Source: a bacterium (GTDB taxonomy: Bacteria > Krumholzibacteriota > Krumholzibacteriia > Krumholzibacteriales > WJIX01). Taken from it: DNA of 13,754 bases. Positions 1-6,850 of this stretch are shown here, piece after piece. The stretch spans positions 1-13,754 of the forward strand of contig WJIX01000177.1 of NCBI GenBank assembly GCA_014730075.1, given 5' to 3'. Position 1 is the stretch's first letter. Every line of letters begins with the position of its first letter. Both the position numbers and the translations under genes were made by a program. The notes under the pieces were generated by a model. The model saw only the letters and a program-made list of their open reading frames with translations. It was not told where the DNA came from and searched no databases.

Positions 1-981
1 GGTATACTGCTGGTAATCGGTATGGTCAATCTCTCCGGTAAACCTGGGATCTCCGGGGGCCCCTGACTGAGCAAAGGCCGGTACATCCGGAGTGGAGAAG
101 TTACCGGCCCGCCTGGCTGCAATAGAGCCGTGAAATCCAAGCTTATCAGTACCACCCTTCAATCTCATGCCGGCTGACTTTTCCCGGTTGACTGAGCTGT
201 ACCTGGTCATCAGCCTACCTCCCCAGTGAGTGCCTTCCGGATTGCCGAACTGTGGTTTCAGCGGGATCAGGTTAACCGCCCCACCTATTGCGTCTGAGCC
301 GTAAAGTAGGCTGGAAGCGCCCTTTATCAGTTCGATGCGTTCGAAGTTGAACGGGTCGATATTGGGCGCGTGCCTTTCACCGTACTGCTGGTACTCCTGG
401 CTTACTCCATCCGCCAGAATCCTGATCCTTTCACCGGTGTGGCCCCTTATCACCGGTTTTCCGGATACCCCCCCGGTGGACATATTGGTAACCCCTGGAA
501 TGTTCTCTATGGTCTTCCCCAGAGATGCAGTCTGCAGCCTCAGCTTGTCACGTCCTCCTATGTAGCTGATGTCCAGGGGTGATTTCATCGGGTCGGAAGC
601 TATGGGAGAACCGGTGACTACCACCGGTTCCAGCTCGAATACCGATTGCTCCAGGATAAATTCCAGCCTGTTTTCGGCGCCCGGTTCAATCTTTACCAGC
701 CTGGACTGCCCCCTGTATCCGACGTAGGAAACAGATATCCGGTAACTCCCCGGGTTGAGGCCGGCAAGTTCGAAGGTCCCGTCCTTCAGGCTCATGGTGC
801 CTATCTCCAGCCCTTCCACCACGATATTGGCGTAGGATAACGGTTCTCCCTCCCTGTTTCTGACCGCTCCCGATATGGAGCCGTCAGCGGCGGCTCCCTC
901 CACCCGGCATATCATCAAAAAGACACACAAAGTCAGCCAGGCGATATATATTCCAATCAGTTTAATTCTACTATTTCGCAA
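1..981 (-). CDS. TonB-dependent outer-membrane receptor, N-terminal 327 codons (signal peptide, carboxypeptidase-D-regulatory-like domain, plug). The 3' end lies beyond the window start. Start is TTG at 981..979, 6 nt downstream of GGGAGG.
   Basis: Hand translation of the minus strand is open from 981 to position 1. It reads MRNSRIKLIGIYIAWLTLCVFLMICRVEG (signal), ...GTFELAGLNPGSYRISVSYVGYRGQSRLVKIEPGAENRLEFILEQSVFELEPVVVTGSPI (CarbopepD_reg-like domain then TonB-box/plug entry), ...IENIPGVTNM...VIRGHTGERIRILADGV...IDPFNFERIELIKGASSLLY (plug motifs). It is absent from the ORF track because no stop codon lies inside the window. Confidence 0.85.
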   Translation of the reverse strand, partial: MRNSRIKLIGIYIAWLTLCVFLMICRVEGAAADGSISGAVRNREGEPLSYANIVVEGLEIGTMSLKDGTFELAGLNPGSYRISVSYVGYRGQSRLVKIEPGAENRLEFILEQSVFELEPVVVTGSPIASDPMKSPLDISYIGGRDKLRLQTASLGKTIENIPGVTNMSTGGVSGKPVIRGHTGERIRILADGVSQEYQQYGERHAPNIDPFNFERIELIKGASSLLYGSDAIGGAVNLIPLKPQFGNPEGTHWGGRLMTRYSSVNREKSAGMRLKGGTDKLGFHGSIAARRAGNFSTPDVPAFAQSGAPGDPRFTGEIDHTDYQQYT

Positions 982-1087
982 TTGATACCTCCCATTTTCA
1001 GCGGTATACAGCGGCAGGGCCGTTGATGGTCTGCCTGTGCCGGCTGATACTCAAATCCTCTTCGGTCAGGAATTGTTTTTGAATATA

Positions 1088-1513
1088 TCAGGAGGTGGGA
1101 GGTGCTCTGGGAAGCAGAAGCCGCAGGGGGCTTTTGGCGATGAAAATTTCAATCACCGGATCTGAATTCCGGCTGATTTCGATCGGGGGATCTATTCCTG
1201 GGCCGCAATCAAGATGCTCGATCTTCGATTTGGACAGGAAGTCGCAGGCGGGGCAGTGCTTGTAACTGGTCTCCAGGGTTGGGTATAACTGGTGACGCGT
1301 GTTCTTATTATCTCTCTGGTTATCGCCGTATTGGTAATGTCCGGTCAGGGCGCACTGCTTCCTGGGGCAGTCTATAACTCTCAACGATGGTCCGGTATGC
1401 AGAAGGTGAATAGATCCGCAGAGGCAGAACATCCATACGGCCATAACTGCGGCCAGGATGCCGGTTGTTCCGGAAGAGGACATGCGGGTATATTTCTCAG
1501 TCAAGCCCGGCAT
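1088..1513 (-). CDS. Small hypothetical membrane-anchored protein (141 aa). It has an N-terminal hydrophobic anchor and a CxxxxC-x31-CxxC cysteine pattern, so it may bind metal or be zinc-ribbon-like.
   Basis: The ORF fills the gap between the two TBDR genes. A consensus promoter sits immediately upstream (1549..1577). The sequence runs MPGLTEKYTRMSSSGTTGILAAVMAVWMFCLCGSIHLL (anchor), then DCPRKQC...HCPAC...DCGPG. An alternative antisense ORF 1292..1516 (+) cannot be excluded. Confidence 0.4.
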   Translation of the reverse strand: MPGLTEKYTRMSSSGTTGILAAVMAVWMFCLCGSIHLLHTGPSLRVIDCPRKQCALTGHYQYGDNQRDNKNTRHQLYPTLETSYKHCPACDFLSKSKIEHLDCGPGIDPPIEISRNSDPVIEIFIAKSPLRLLLPRAPPTS

Positions 1514-1548
1514 TAATACTCAAACCTCTCTGATCAGTTGATAGGATA

Positions 1549-1577
1549 GCTGCATACGATTATAACCCGGGGCAGCC
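1549..1577 (-). promoter_or_regulatory. Sigma70-type promoter TTGAAA-N17-TATAAT for the small Cys protein gene and TBDR1, on the minus strand. The -35 region is duplicated (TTGAAATT x2, 10-bp period, 1570..1587).
   Basis: Plus strand 1549..1554 is attata (reverse complement TATAAT). The spacer is 17 nt. 1572..1577 is tttcaa (reverse complement TTGAAA). The ATG at 1513 lies about 30 nt downstream of the predicted TSS. Confidence 0.5.
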
Positions 1578-1629
1578 GGAATTTCAATAAATTTCAACCC
1601 CGGCCCTGCCAGTAAGCCGGACCCTGGAA

Positions 1630-3513
1630 CTAATCGCGATCCAGGGAGTACTTCAGGCCCGCCATGAATTCCCTCCCCGGCATCCCGTAGAGCCCGGCAC
1701 TACCTCCGGGCAGGTCCGTGAATACGGCGTAATCTTCGTTGAAGATGTTTTCCAGGGAGGCAAAGGCGGTTAGACCTTCTCCGATTTCAAGATCCGCGTA
1801 CAGGTCGAAGATATTGTATGACGAAATGGGGTTTTCCCGGTTATCAGCGGCGAAATAGTCATCCACTCTCTGGCCGGATATCTTTACCGTGGATATTTCA
1901 GTGTTCCACCTGAGCGACAGGTCGAATTTTCTTCCCGGGCGGCCGCGTGTATAATCTCCGGGATCGAGAAGTGAAACCGACACCCTGCCCAGGAGCGACC
2001 GGTGCCAGCTCCCCGATAACGAAAACTCCATCCCGTTGAATGTAAGCTCGCCTGTGTTATCGAATATGTACATGGGGGGAGGGGATGGTGCGGGGACTGT
2101 CTCGATGAAATTATCTCCATCTATCCTGAATACTGTCAGGTCGGCTTTCAGGCGGGAGCCTATATCCTGCCTGATTCCCAGCTCATAATTCCATACTGTT
2201 TCCGCTTCCAGCTCCCGGTTGGAGGGCGGGAACATGTACAGTTCATTGATCTGGGGCGAGCGGAATCCGTTCGATACCAGAGCTCTTATAGATCCTCCCT
2301 TCCAGGTCCGGACGGTCACCCCTGCCGTGGGGCTGACCTGCGAGCCTGAAACTTCGTCCTGGTTGTATCTTACCGATCCTGAAAGGTACATCGTTTTCCA
2401 TGGTGACAGTTCCAGCCCGGTGTACAGGCCATAGTCGTACTTACTCCAGGATGATCCGGGCTGGTACGGCAGCTCGCCCTGTTGATACCTGTAGTCCGCG
2501 CCGCCGCTTAGCTCCAACCAGGGAAGGAATCGTCCTGCTGCATGCAGAAGAAGACCGTCGGTAGCGTCGCGGGAGTGCCATCCGTCTGAGAACCGGTGTT
2601 CCCCGAAATTACGGTAGTACCTGGCGCTGTAGCTGAGAGAACTTCCCTCCTTCCTGAAGTGGATATCAGCACTTCCCCTGCGGTAGTCATTCCAGGTTTC
2701 GCTGGGATAGGGAGATGATATAATTGCCGGTTCCTGCTTGAATCCGTCGAAGATCTTTCCCGATGCGGTTATTTCAGAGTCCTCTCCCAGGTAAATACCG
2801 CCTCTTGCTATGATGTCATTTCCGCGGTAGGAAGAGTTGCCTGTGTGGCCGTCAGATTCGCGGTAATCAATACTGGCTGAACCGAAGAACCTGCCGCTGC
2901 TGAAACCGGCCCGGGCACTGGTAACTGCTGTCTGGTTGCTGCCGCCGGCGGTTTTCATATCAAGCTCCAGCCCGGATGATGTTCTCCTCGGTATTATATT
3001 CAGGACTCCCCCCATAGCCCCGGAGCCGTACATGGTGGATGAAGGCCCCCTGATAACTTCAACCCGCTGGACGTCATGCATAAGGAATGAATGCGTGACG
3101 GTACAACCGAACAGCCCCATATTCTCAGGCTTGCCGTCGATCAGAACCAGAGATTTTCTTCCCCTTGAGCCGAGCCCCCTGATATTTACGTCATTTCTTC
3201 CGAATCCGCCGGTTTTCTGGATAAACACTCCCGGGAGATCGCCTGCTATGCCGGTTGATGAATTGGCAGTGGAAAGCTCTATATCAGACGCGGTAATAAG
3301 GCTTACCGAAAGCGGAAGAGTCTCTACCGGTACTGAAATCCGTTTGGCGGTAACTACAATCTCTTCGATTTCGTAGCAGACCAGGGAATCCCTGCCTGAC
3401 TTCGCCATGGCCTGGTTATCCGCCCTCGGTGAAGCGGAAAGCATGATTTCCAGAAGCGGTATCAATAATATCAGGGCCAGGGTTTTTATCTCTAAAGTGC
3501 TGTTCAATGTCAT
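1630..3513 (-). CDS. TonB-dependent outer-membrane receptor, complete, 627 aa.
   Basis: Signal peptide, then TonB box EEIVVTAKR. Plug motifs NIRGLGSRGRKSLVLIDGKPE and VEVIRGPSSTMYGSGAMGGVLNII. Long beta-barrel region rich in G/Y/S/R. ATG at 3513 preceded by AGAGAGGA. The C-terminus reads REFMAGLKYSLDRD, with three extra residues after the usual terminal hydrophobic. Confidence 0.9.
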   Translation of the reverse strand: MTLNSTLEIKTLALILLIPLLEIMLSASPRADNQAMAKSGRDSLVCYEIEEIVVTAKRISVPVETLPLSVSLITASDIELSTANSSTGIAGDLPGVFIQKTGGFGRNDVNIRGLGSRGRKSLVLIDGKPENMGLFGCTVTHSFLMHDVQRVEVIRGPSSTMYGSGAMGGVLNIIPRRTSSGLELDMKTAGGSNQTAVTSARAGFSSGRFFGSASIDYRESDGHTGNSSYRGNDIIARGGIYLGEDSEITASGKIFDGFKQEPAIISSPYPSETWNDYRRGSADIHFRKEGSSLSYSARYYRNFGEHRFSDGWHSRDATDGLLLHAAGRFLPWLELSGGADYRYQQGELPYQPGSSWSKYDYGLYTGLELSPWKTMYLSGSVRYNQDEVSGSQVSPTAGVTVRTWKGGSIRALVSNGFRSPQINELYMFPPSNRELEAETVWNYELGIRQDIGSRLKADLTVFRIDGDNFIETVPAPSPPPMYIFDNTGELTFNGMEFSLSGSWHRSLLGRVSVSLLDPGDYTRGRPGRKFDLSLRWNTEISTVKISGQRVDDYFAADNRENPISSYNIFDLYADLEIGEGLTAFASLENIFNEDYAVFTDLPGGSAGLYGMPGREFMAGLKYSLDRD

Positions 3514-3557
3514 TTCATTCCTCTCTTTCCGATACCGGATTTCATCTAAAACAATTA

Positions 3558-3585
3558 CGTGCTACATTATAAATATTCGTGCTAC
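3558..3585. promoter_or_regulatory. Direct repeat CGTGCTAC x2 (3558..3565 and 3578..3585), 20-bp period. One copy sits in the promoter spacer and the other just downstream of the -10. This is a candidate repressor operator.
   Basis: Exact 8/8 repeat, extended to aCGTGCTACaTTAT / tCGTGCTACtTTAT (12/14). The two copies straddle the -10 hexamer, which is the classic operator position. Confidence 0.4.
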
Positions 3586-3594
3586 TTTATTCAA
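3566..3594 (-). promoter_or_regulatory. Sigma70-type promoter TTGAAT-N17-TATAAT driving TBDR2.
   Basis: Plus strand 3566..3571 is attata (reverse complement TATAAT). The spacer is 17 nt. 3589..3594 is attcaa (reverse complement TTGAAT). This gives a 5' UTR of about 45 nt to the ATG at 3513. Confidence 0.5.
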
Positions 3595-3611
3595 GATAAA
3601 TTCTGCCCGGC

Positions 3612-3648
3612 GCTCAGGAGAGTTGAAACAGTTGAAGGGGATGCTCAG
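3612..3648. repeat. Composite repeat GCTCAG-gag-AGTTGAAac-AGTTGAAgg-ggat-GCTCAG between the MBL stop and the TBDR2 promoter.
   Basis: GCTCAG at 3612..3617 and 3643..3648. Tandem 9-mers AGTTGAAnn at 3621..3629 and 3630..3638. The minus strand reads TTCAAC x2, which resembles the -35 elements seen elsewhere in the window. Confidence 0.35.
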
Positions 3649-3661
3649 AATTGATCGGTGA

Positions 3662-4300
3662 TTACATATTGAGATAGGGGTTGCCTGTTTCTTCTCTGGC
3701 AACAGTTGTCTCCGGTCCGTGCCCGCAGCAGACCCTGGTATTGCCGGGAAGGGTAAGGATCTGTTCTCTGATAGATTTAATGAGCTGCTCAAAGTTGCCG
3801 CCATGGAGGTCGGTCCTTCCTATTGAGCCGGCAAAGAGTGAATCCCCTGCCATCACTGCGCCGTTGAATACCAGGCAAATCCCGCCGGGTGAATGGCCCG
3901 GGGTATGCCGGACTTCGCCCTCTACATTGCCGGCGCGGACAGTGTCGCCGTGGGAAATGGTCCGGTCCACTCCCGGATTTTCAATATTCCCCAGTCCCCA
4001 CATGGGGGCTACCTCCACTGAATGGCTGATGATTTCAACAGCTTCGGGATGGACCGCCAGTCCTATTCCATATTCTCTTTTCAGATCGGCCACTGCTGCT
4101 ATATGGTCACTGTGCCCGTGGGTGCAGATTATCTCTACAGGTTGCAGCCCCAGCTCCGATATCTTCTTCTTTATCAGGCCGGGGTCACCGCCTGGATCTA
4201 TGATCAGGGTTTTACCTGTTTCCGGGCAGGACACCAGGTAATTATTCGTTCCCAGCGGTCCTACTACATTCCTCACTATATCGGGTGTTTCAATCGGCAT
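3662..4300 (-). CDS. MBL-fold metallo-hydrolase, glyoxalase-II/YcbL-like (212 aa).
   Basis: HxHxDH motif (ICTHGHSDHIAAV), then further H/D ligands (HTPGHSPGG, GDSLF, CCGHG). Size and motif order match the short YcbL-type hydroxyacylglutathione hydrolases. Confidence 0.85.
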   Translation of the reverse strand: MPIETPDIVRNVVGPLGTNNYLVSCPETGKTLIIDPGGDPGLIKKKISELGLQPVEIICTHGHSDHIAAVADLKREYGIGLAVHPEAVEIISHSVEVAPMWGLGNIENPGVDRTISHGDTVRAGNVEGEVRHTPGHSPGGICLVFNGAVMAGDSLFAGSIGRTDLHGGNFEQLIKSIREQILTLPGNTRVCCGHGPETTVAREETGNPYLNM

Positions 4301-4311
4301 GGCGGTAGATC

Positions 4312-5061
4312 CTAAAAGTGACGGGTAATGGTCAAAGCAAGGGTGATACCCTTGTATCGAAGGTCGAAATTGGCGTCATGAATTTCGAATTTGCTCTGGG
4401 CCATCTGATACCTCGCCTCGAAACTGGCGCTCTGCCGGTTGGTAATGAAATAGATCAGCCCTATTTCGGCGTGCATTCCTTCTTCCAGGCTTGTTTCAGA
4501 GAGTGATTCCCCGCTGCCGCTGTAGGGCACTCCTTCGTTGTAGAGTTCTGTTTCCAGATCCACTACCGGCACGGCTGCTGAGAAGCCTCCTCCGAAATAG
4601 GGGACCAGTTTCTTAACATCCTGTTTGGTCATGTAATATTTAAGGCCCAGGTCTAGCGAAAAAAGGTATATTGAGAGTTTTCTGTTCATATCCAGGGCCA
4701 GAGGGGGCTCCGTCCTGGATACGTAGAAACCGCCAGCCTCCAGATTGAAATATGAAAAGTTTGCTGCCGCGGTAAAGAATATCTGGGGCGCCAGAAAATG
4801 CTCGAAACCTGCTTTCATGTATGGAGAGGTCCCTATTTCTCCAAATGGATTATAGCCGCCCCGCTGGCTGGCCCATTGGTCCAGGTGATCGGTCAGGGCC
4901 ATAGCTTCCGGCCCGTCTATGAATCCGAAGCTGAGGCTGATAGACCGAAGCGGCACCGGGCCGTAGAATTTTCGGTCTTTAAACAGCCGCTGAGCTGAAG
5001 CAGCTCCGAAGCATAATAAGATGAATGAGAAAACAACTACCCCGGAAGTAATCTTTTTCAT
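4312..5061 (-). CDS. Outer-membrane beta-barrel protein with a signal peptide (249 aa).
   Basis: MKKITSGVVVFSFILLCFGAASAQ signal. Alternating hydrophobic pattern throughout. C-terminal beta-signal ...LALTITRHF with terminal Phe. 11-nt gap to the downstream MBL gene, suggesting coupling. Confidence 0.6.
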   Translation of the reverse strand: MKKITSGVVVFSFILLCFGAASAQRLFKDRKFYGPVPLRSISLSFGFIDGPEAMALTDHLDQWASQRGGYNPFGEIGTSPYMKAGFEHFLAPQIFFTAAANFSYFNLEAGGFYVSRTEPPLALDMNRKLSIYLFSLDLGLKYYMTKQDVKKLVPYFGGGFSAAVPVVDLETELYNEGVPYSGSGESLSETSLEEGMHAEIGLIYFITNRQSASFEARYQMAQSKFEIHDANFDLRYKGITLALTITRHF

Positions 5062-5093
5062 ATCTCTCCATTCGTTCTATAGGGGCCTGTTCA

Positions 5094-5122
5094 AAGATAA
5101 ATATCCGCTCTGGTTTTGTCAA
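5094..5122 (-). promoter_or_regulatory. Possible promoter TTGACA-N17-TATCTT upstream of the beta-barrel gene.
   Basis: Plus strand 5117..5122 is tgtcaa (reverse complement TTGACA). 17-nt spacer. Plus 5094..5099 is aagata (reverse complement TATCTT). The -10 match is weaker. Confidence 0.3.
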
Positions 5123-5141
5123 ATTCATAAGTTTACGCAAA

Positions 5142-5489
5142 TTATCGGTTCGGTACCATGCAGAGGAATTTGAGTTTTCCCTCCCCGGTATTGATGAAGG
5201 AATGTTCTTTCCCGCCGGGTACAAAGATGAAGAATCCGGCCGAAAAATCCCTCTCCTCATTTTCGAACTGCAGTTTGCCCTCACCCTCAAGTATATATAC
5301 TTCATGTTCCCAGGAGTGGGCATGGAAGGGAGAGCAGCCGCCCTGTCCCACTTCGAACAGCCTCATGGCGAAATTGGGCGCTCCATCCTTTTCTGATATG
5401 AGCCACCTTACCGAAACATTTTCTGCTCCTTCGGCCTCAACCTCTTCGGAATCTATATTTATCGCTCTGTCAATCTTCAGCTCTGCCAT
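5142..5489 (-). CDS. Cupin-2 domain protein (116 aa). The start is revised to the internal ATG at 5489.
   Basis: Both cupin motifs are present: G-x5-HxH-x3-E-x6-G (FHAHSWEHEVYILEGEG) and the second motif (FIFVPGGKEHSFIN). The ATG at 5489 is preceded by AAGGGAG-7nt, whereas the track's longer start at 5597 has no SD. Confidence 0.8.
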   Translation of the reverse strand: MAELKIDRAINIDSEEVEAEGAENVSVRWLISEKDGAPNFAMRLFEVGQGGCSPFHAHSWEHEVYILEGEGKLQFENEERDFSAGFFIFVPGGKEHSFINTGEGKLKFLCMVPNR

Positions 5490-5599
5490 ATCATACTCCC
5501 TTAAAAAATTACATTTACTATACCTGATATTAATATAACAGGGGCTGGAATGACAGCACAAACTCTCTGTTCCCTGTTCCGTACCGTGTTGCAGCATGG

Positions 5600-5629
5600 G
5601 GATTTCAGCTTGATAGCCGGTATTTTGCC
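5600..5629 (+). promoter_or_regulatory. Sigma70-type promoter TTGATA-N18-TATAAT for the SPFH gene.
   Basis: TTGATA at 5600..5605, TATAAT at 5624..5629. About 60 nt of leader to the ATG at 5697. Confidence 0.45.
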
Positions 5630-5696
5630 GGGGTATAATATAGACTGCCGCAGAGGGGACCGCTCACGGGACTGTAAAAAGGAGGGAGAAATAGTA

Positions 5697-6686
5697 ATGG
5701 AGATAAAGATCAATGATAAGGGAGGGTTCAGCATGTCCGCGGATAAAGTAAGCGACCTTGGAAATATCGTCGGAATGTCTGCAAAGCGTTCATTGGCCAA
5801 ACTGGTAGTCGGTATAGTTCTGATAGTAATTCTGGGAAGTATCGGAGCGGTTATAAGGGGCGTGCCCGGGGCGGTAACCGGCGCCATTATCGCCCTGATT
5901 CTCAGCTTCGGGCTGGTAATCAACCAGGAATACGAGAGGGCGCTGGTATTCAGGCTGGGTTCCTTCTCCCGGGTCCTGGGGCCTGGGCTCAAGCTGGTGA
6001 TACCGTTCCTGGAGTGGGTAACCAAGGTGGATTACAGGGTTAGATCAGAGAATGTCACACCCCAGAAGGTGCTTACCAGGGATAACGTTACCGTTACTGT
6101 GGATGCCATTGTCTACTATAAGGTAAAGAAGGAGGACCAGGAGCTTGCCAAGGCGATACTGGAGGTCAAGGATTATAACGAGGTAACTATCAGGTACGCG
6201 CAGACCAAGTTGAGGGACCTGGTCGGATCGAAGGAGCTGGACGAGATACTTCAGAGAAGGGAAGAGGTGGCCAAGGAGCTGGAGGAATCTCTGGACCTGG
6301 CAACCAACGATTTCGGGATCAAGATTATAGATGTGGAGCTTCAGGATGTTTCGATAGCAGAGGAGATGGAGCGTGCGATAGCCGCTCAGGCAGAGGCGGA
6401 AAGGAATAGAAGGGCCAAGATAAAGGAGGCTAAGGGAGAGCTCCAGGCGGCTATCGAAATGAGAGCTGCCGCGGACATCCTGGGGAAACGGGGTTATCAG
6501 CTCAGAACGCTTGAGACACTGGATAAGATAGCGCAGGAAAATGCCACTATTGTAGCGGTTCCAGCTGAACTGATGCCAAGCCGGGAATCTGAAGAGGGGG
6601 AGTCGCCTGTTGGTGATCTGGTCAGGAAGATGATAGAGAATATTGATTACGAGGAAATCCTTTCCAGAAAGGATGATATTTTCTGA
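5697..6686 (+). CDS. SPFH/band-7 (stomatin/prohibitin-like) membrane protein, 329 aa.
   Basis: Start is revised to ATG 5697, in frame with the track ORF and preceded by AAAGGAGGGAG-8nt. N-terminal TM (LVVGIVLIVILGSIGAVI), then the SPFH core QEYERALVFRLGSFSRVLGPGLKLVIPFLE...VLTRDNVTVTVDAIVYYKV, then a C-terminal coiled-coil (AEEMERAIAAQAEAERNRRAKIKEAKGELQ). Confidence 0.9.
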   Translation: MEIKINDKGGFSMSADKVSDLGNIVGMSAKRSLAKLVVGIVLIVILGSIGAVIRGVPGAVTGAIIALILSFGLVINQEYERALVFRLGSFSRVLGPGLKLVIPFLEWVTKVDYRVRSENVTPQKVLTRDNVTVTVDAIVYYKVKKEDQELAKAILEVKDYNEVTIRYAQTKLRDLVGSKELDEILQRREEVAKELEESLDLATNDFGIKIIDVELQDVSIAEEMERAIAAQAEAERNRRAKIKEAKGELQAAIEMRAAADILGKRGYQLRTLETLDKIAQENATIVAVPAELMPSRESEEGESPVGDLVRKMIENIDYEEILSRKDDIF

Positions 6687-6724
6687 GACTGGTACAAAAA
6701 CCGGCGCTATGGGGAGAAGAAAAG

Positions 6725-6746
6725 CTATATATATTCATTTATATAG
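6725..6746. promoter_or_regulatory. AT-rich dyad CTATATA-N8-TATATAG in the SPFH / membrane-protein intergenic region. It is flanked by direct repeats TTCATTTATA (6734..6743 and 6772..6781) and CCGGCGCT (6701..6708 and 6785..6792).
   Basis: Exact 7-bp inverted repeat with an 8-nt spacer. Two exact 10-bp direct repeats and two exact 8-bp direct repeats were read directly from the sequence. Confidence 0.3.
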
Positions 6747-6850
6747 TACTGGGGGTTCTGTACCTGTATTTTTCATTTATACTGCCGGCGCTGGAGGATG
6801 GGGCTGGGGCCGCCCGGAGAAGTTTCTTCGGTTTTTCACAGCTTTATCTC

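Noticed and set aside
335-840. Three plus-strand ORFs (335..565, 370..582, 646..840)
   Set aside because: They lie antisense inside the clearly coding minus-strand TBDR1 frame, whose translation gives canonical CarbopepD_reg and plug motifs. They are GC-rich antisense artefacts.
1013-1035. GGCAG-N13-CTGCC hairpin after the small ORF
   Set aside because: The stem is only 5 bp and no U-tract follows. It is not a credible intrinsic terminator. The small ORF and TBDR1 are probably co-transcribed.
1292-1516. Plus-strand 74-aa ORF with a hydrophobic N-terminus and a TTGTAA-N18-TATAAC-like upstream element
   Set aside because: It overlaps the longer minus-strand ORF, which has a perfect consensus promoter and fits the intergenic spacing. 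It cannot be fully excluded without codon statistics.
5490-5597. Track's longer N-terminus for the cupin (start 5597), and for SPFH (start 5550)
   Set aside because: The internal ATGs at 5489 and 5697 are each preceded by strong SD sequences at 7-8 nt. The longer versions add non-conserved-looking leaders that would overlap the divergent promoter region.
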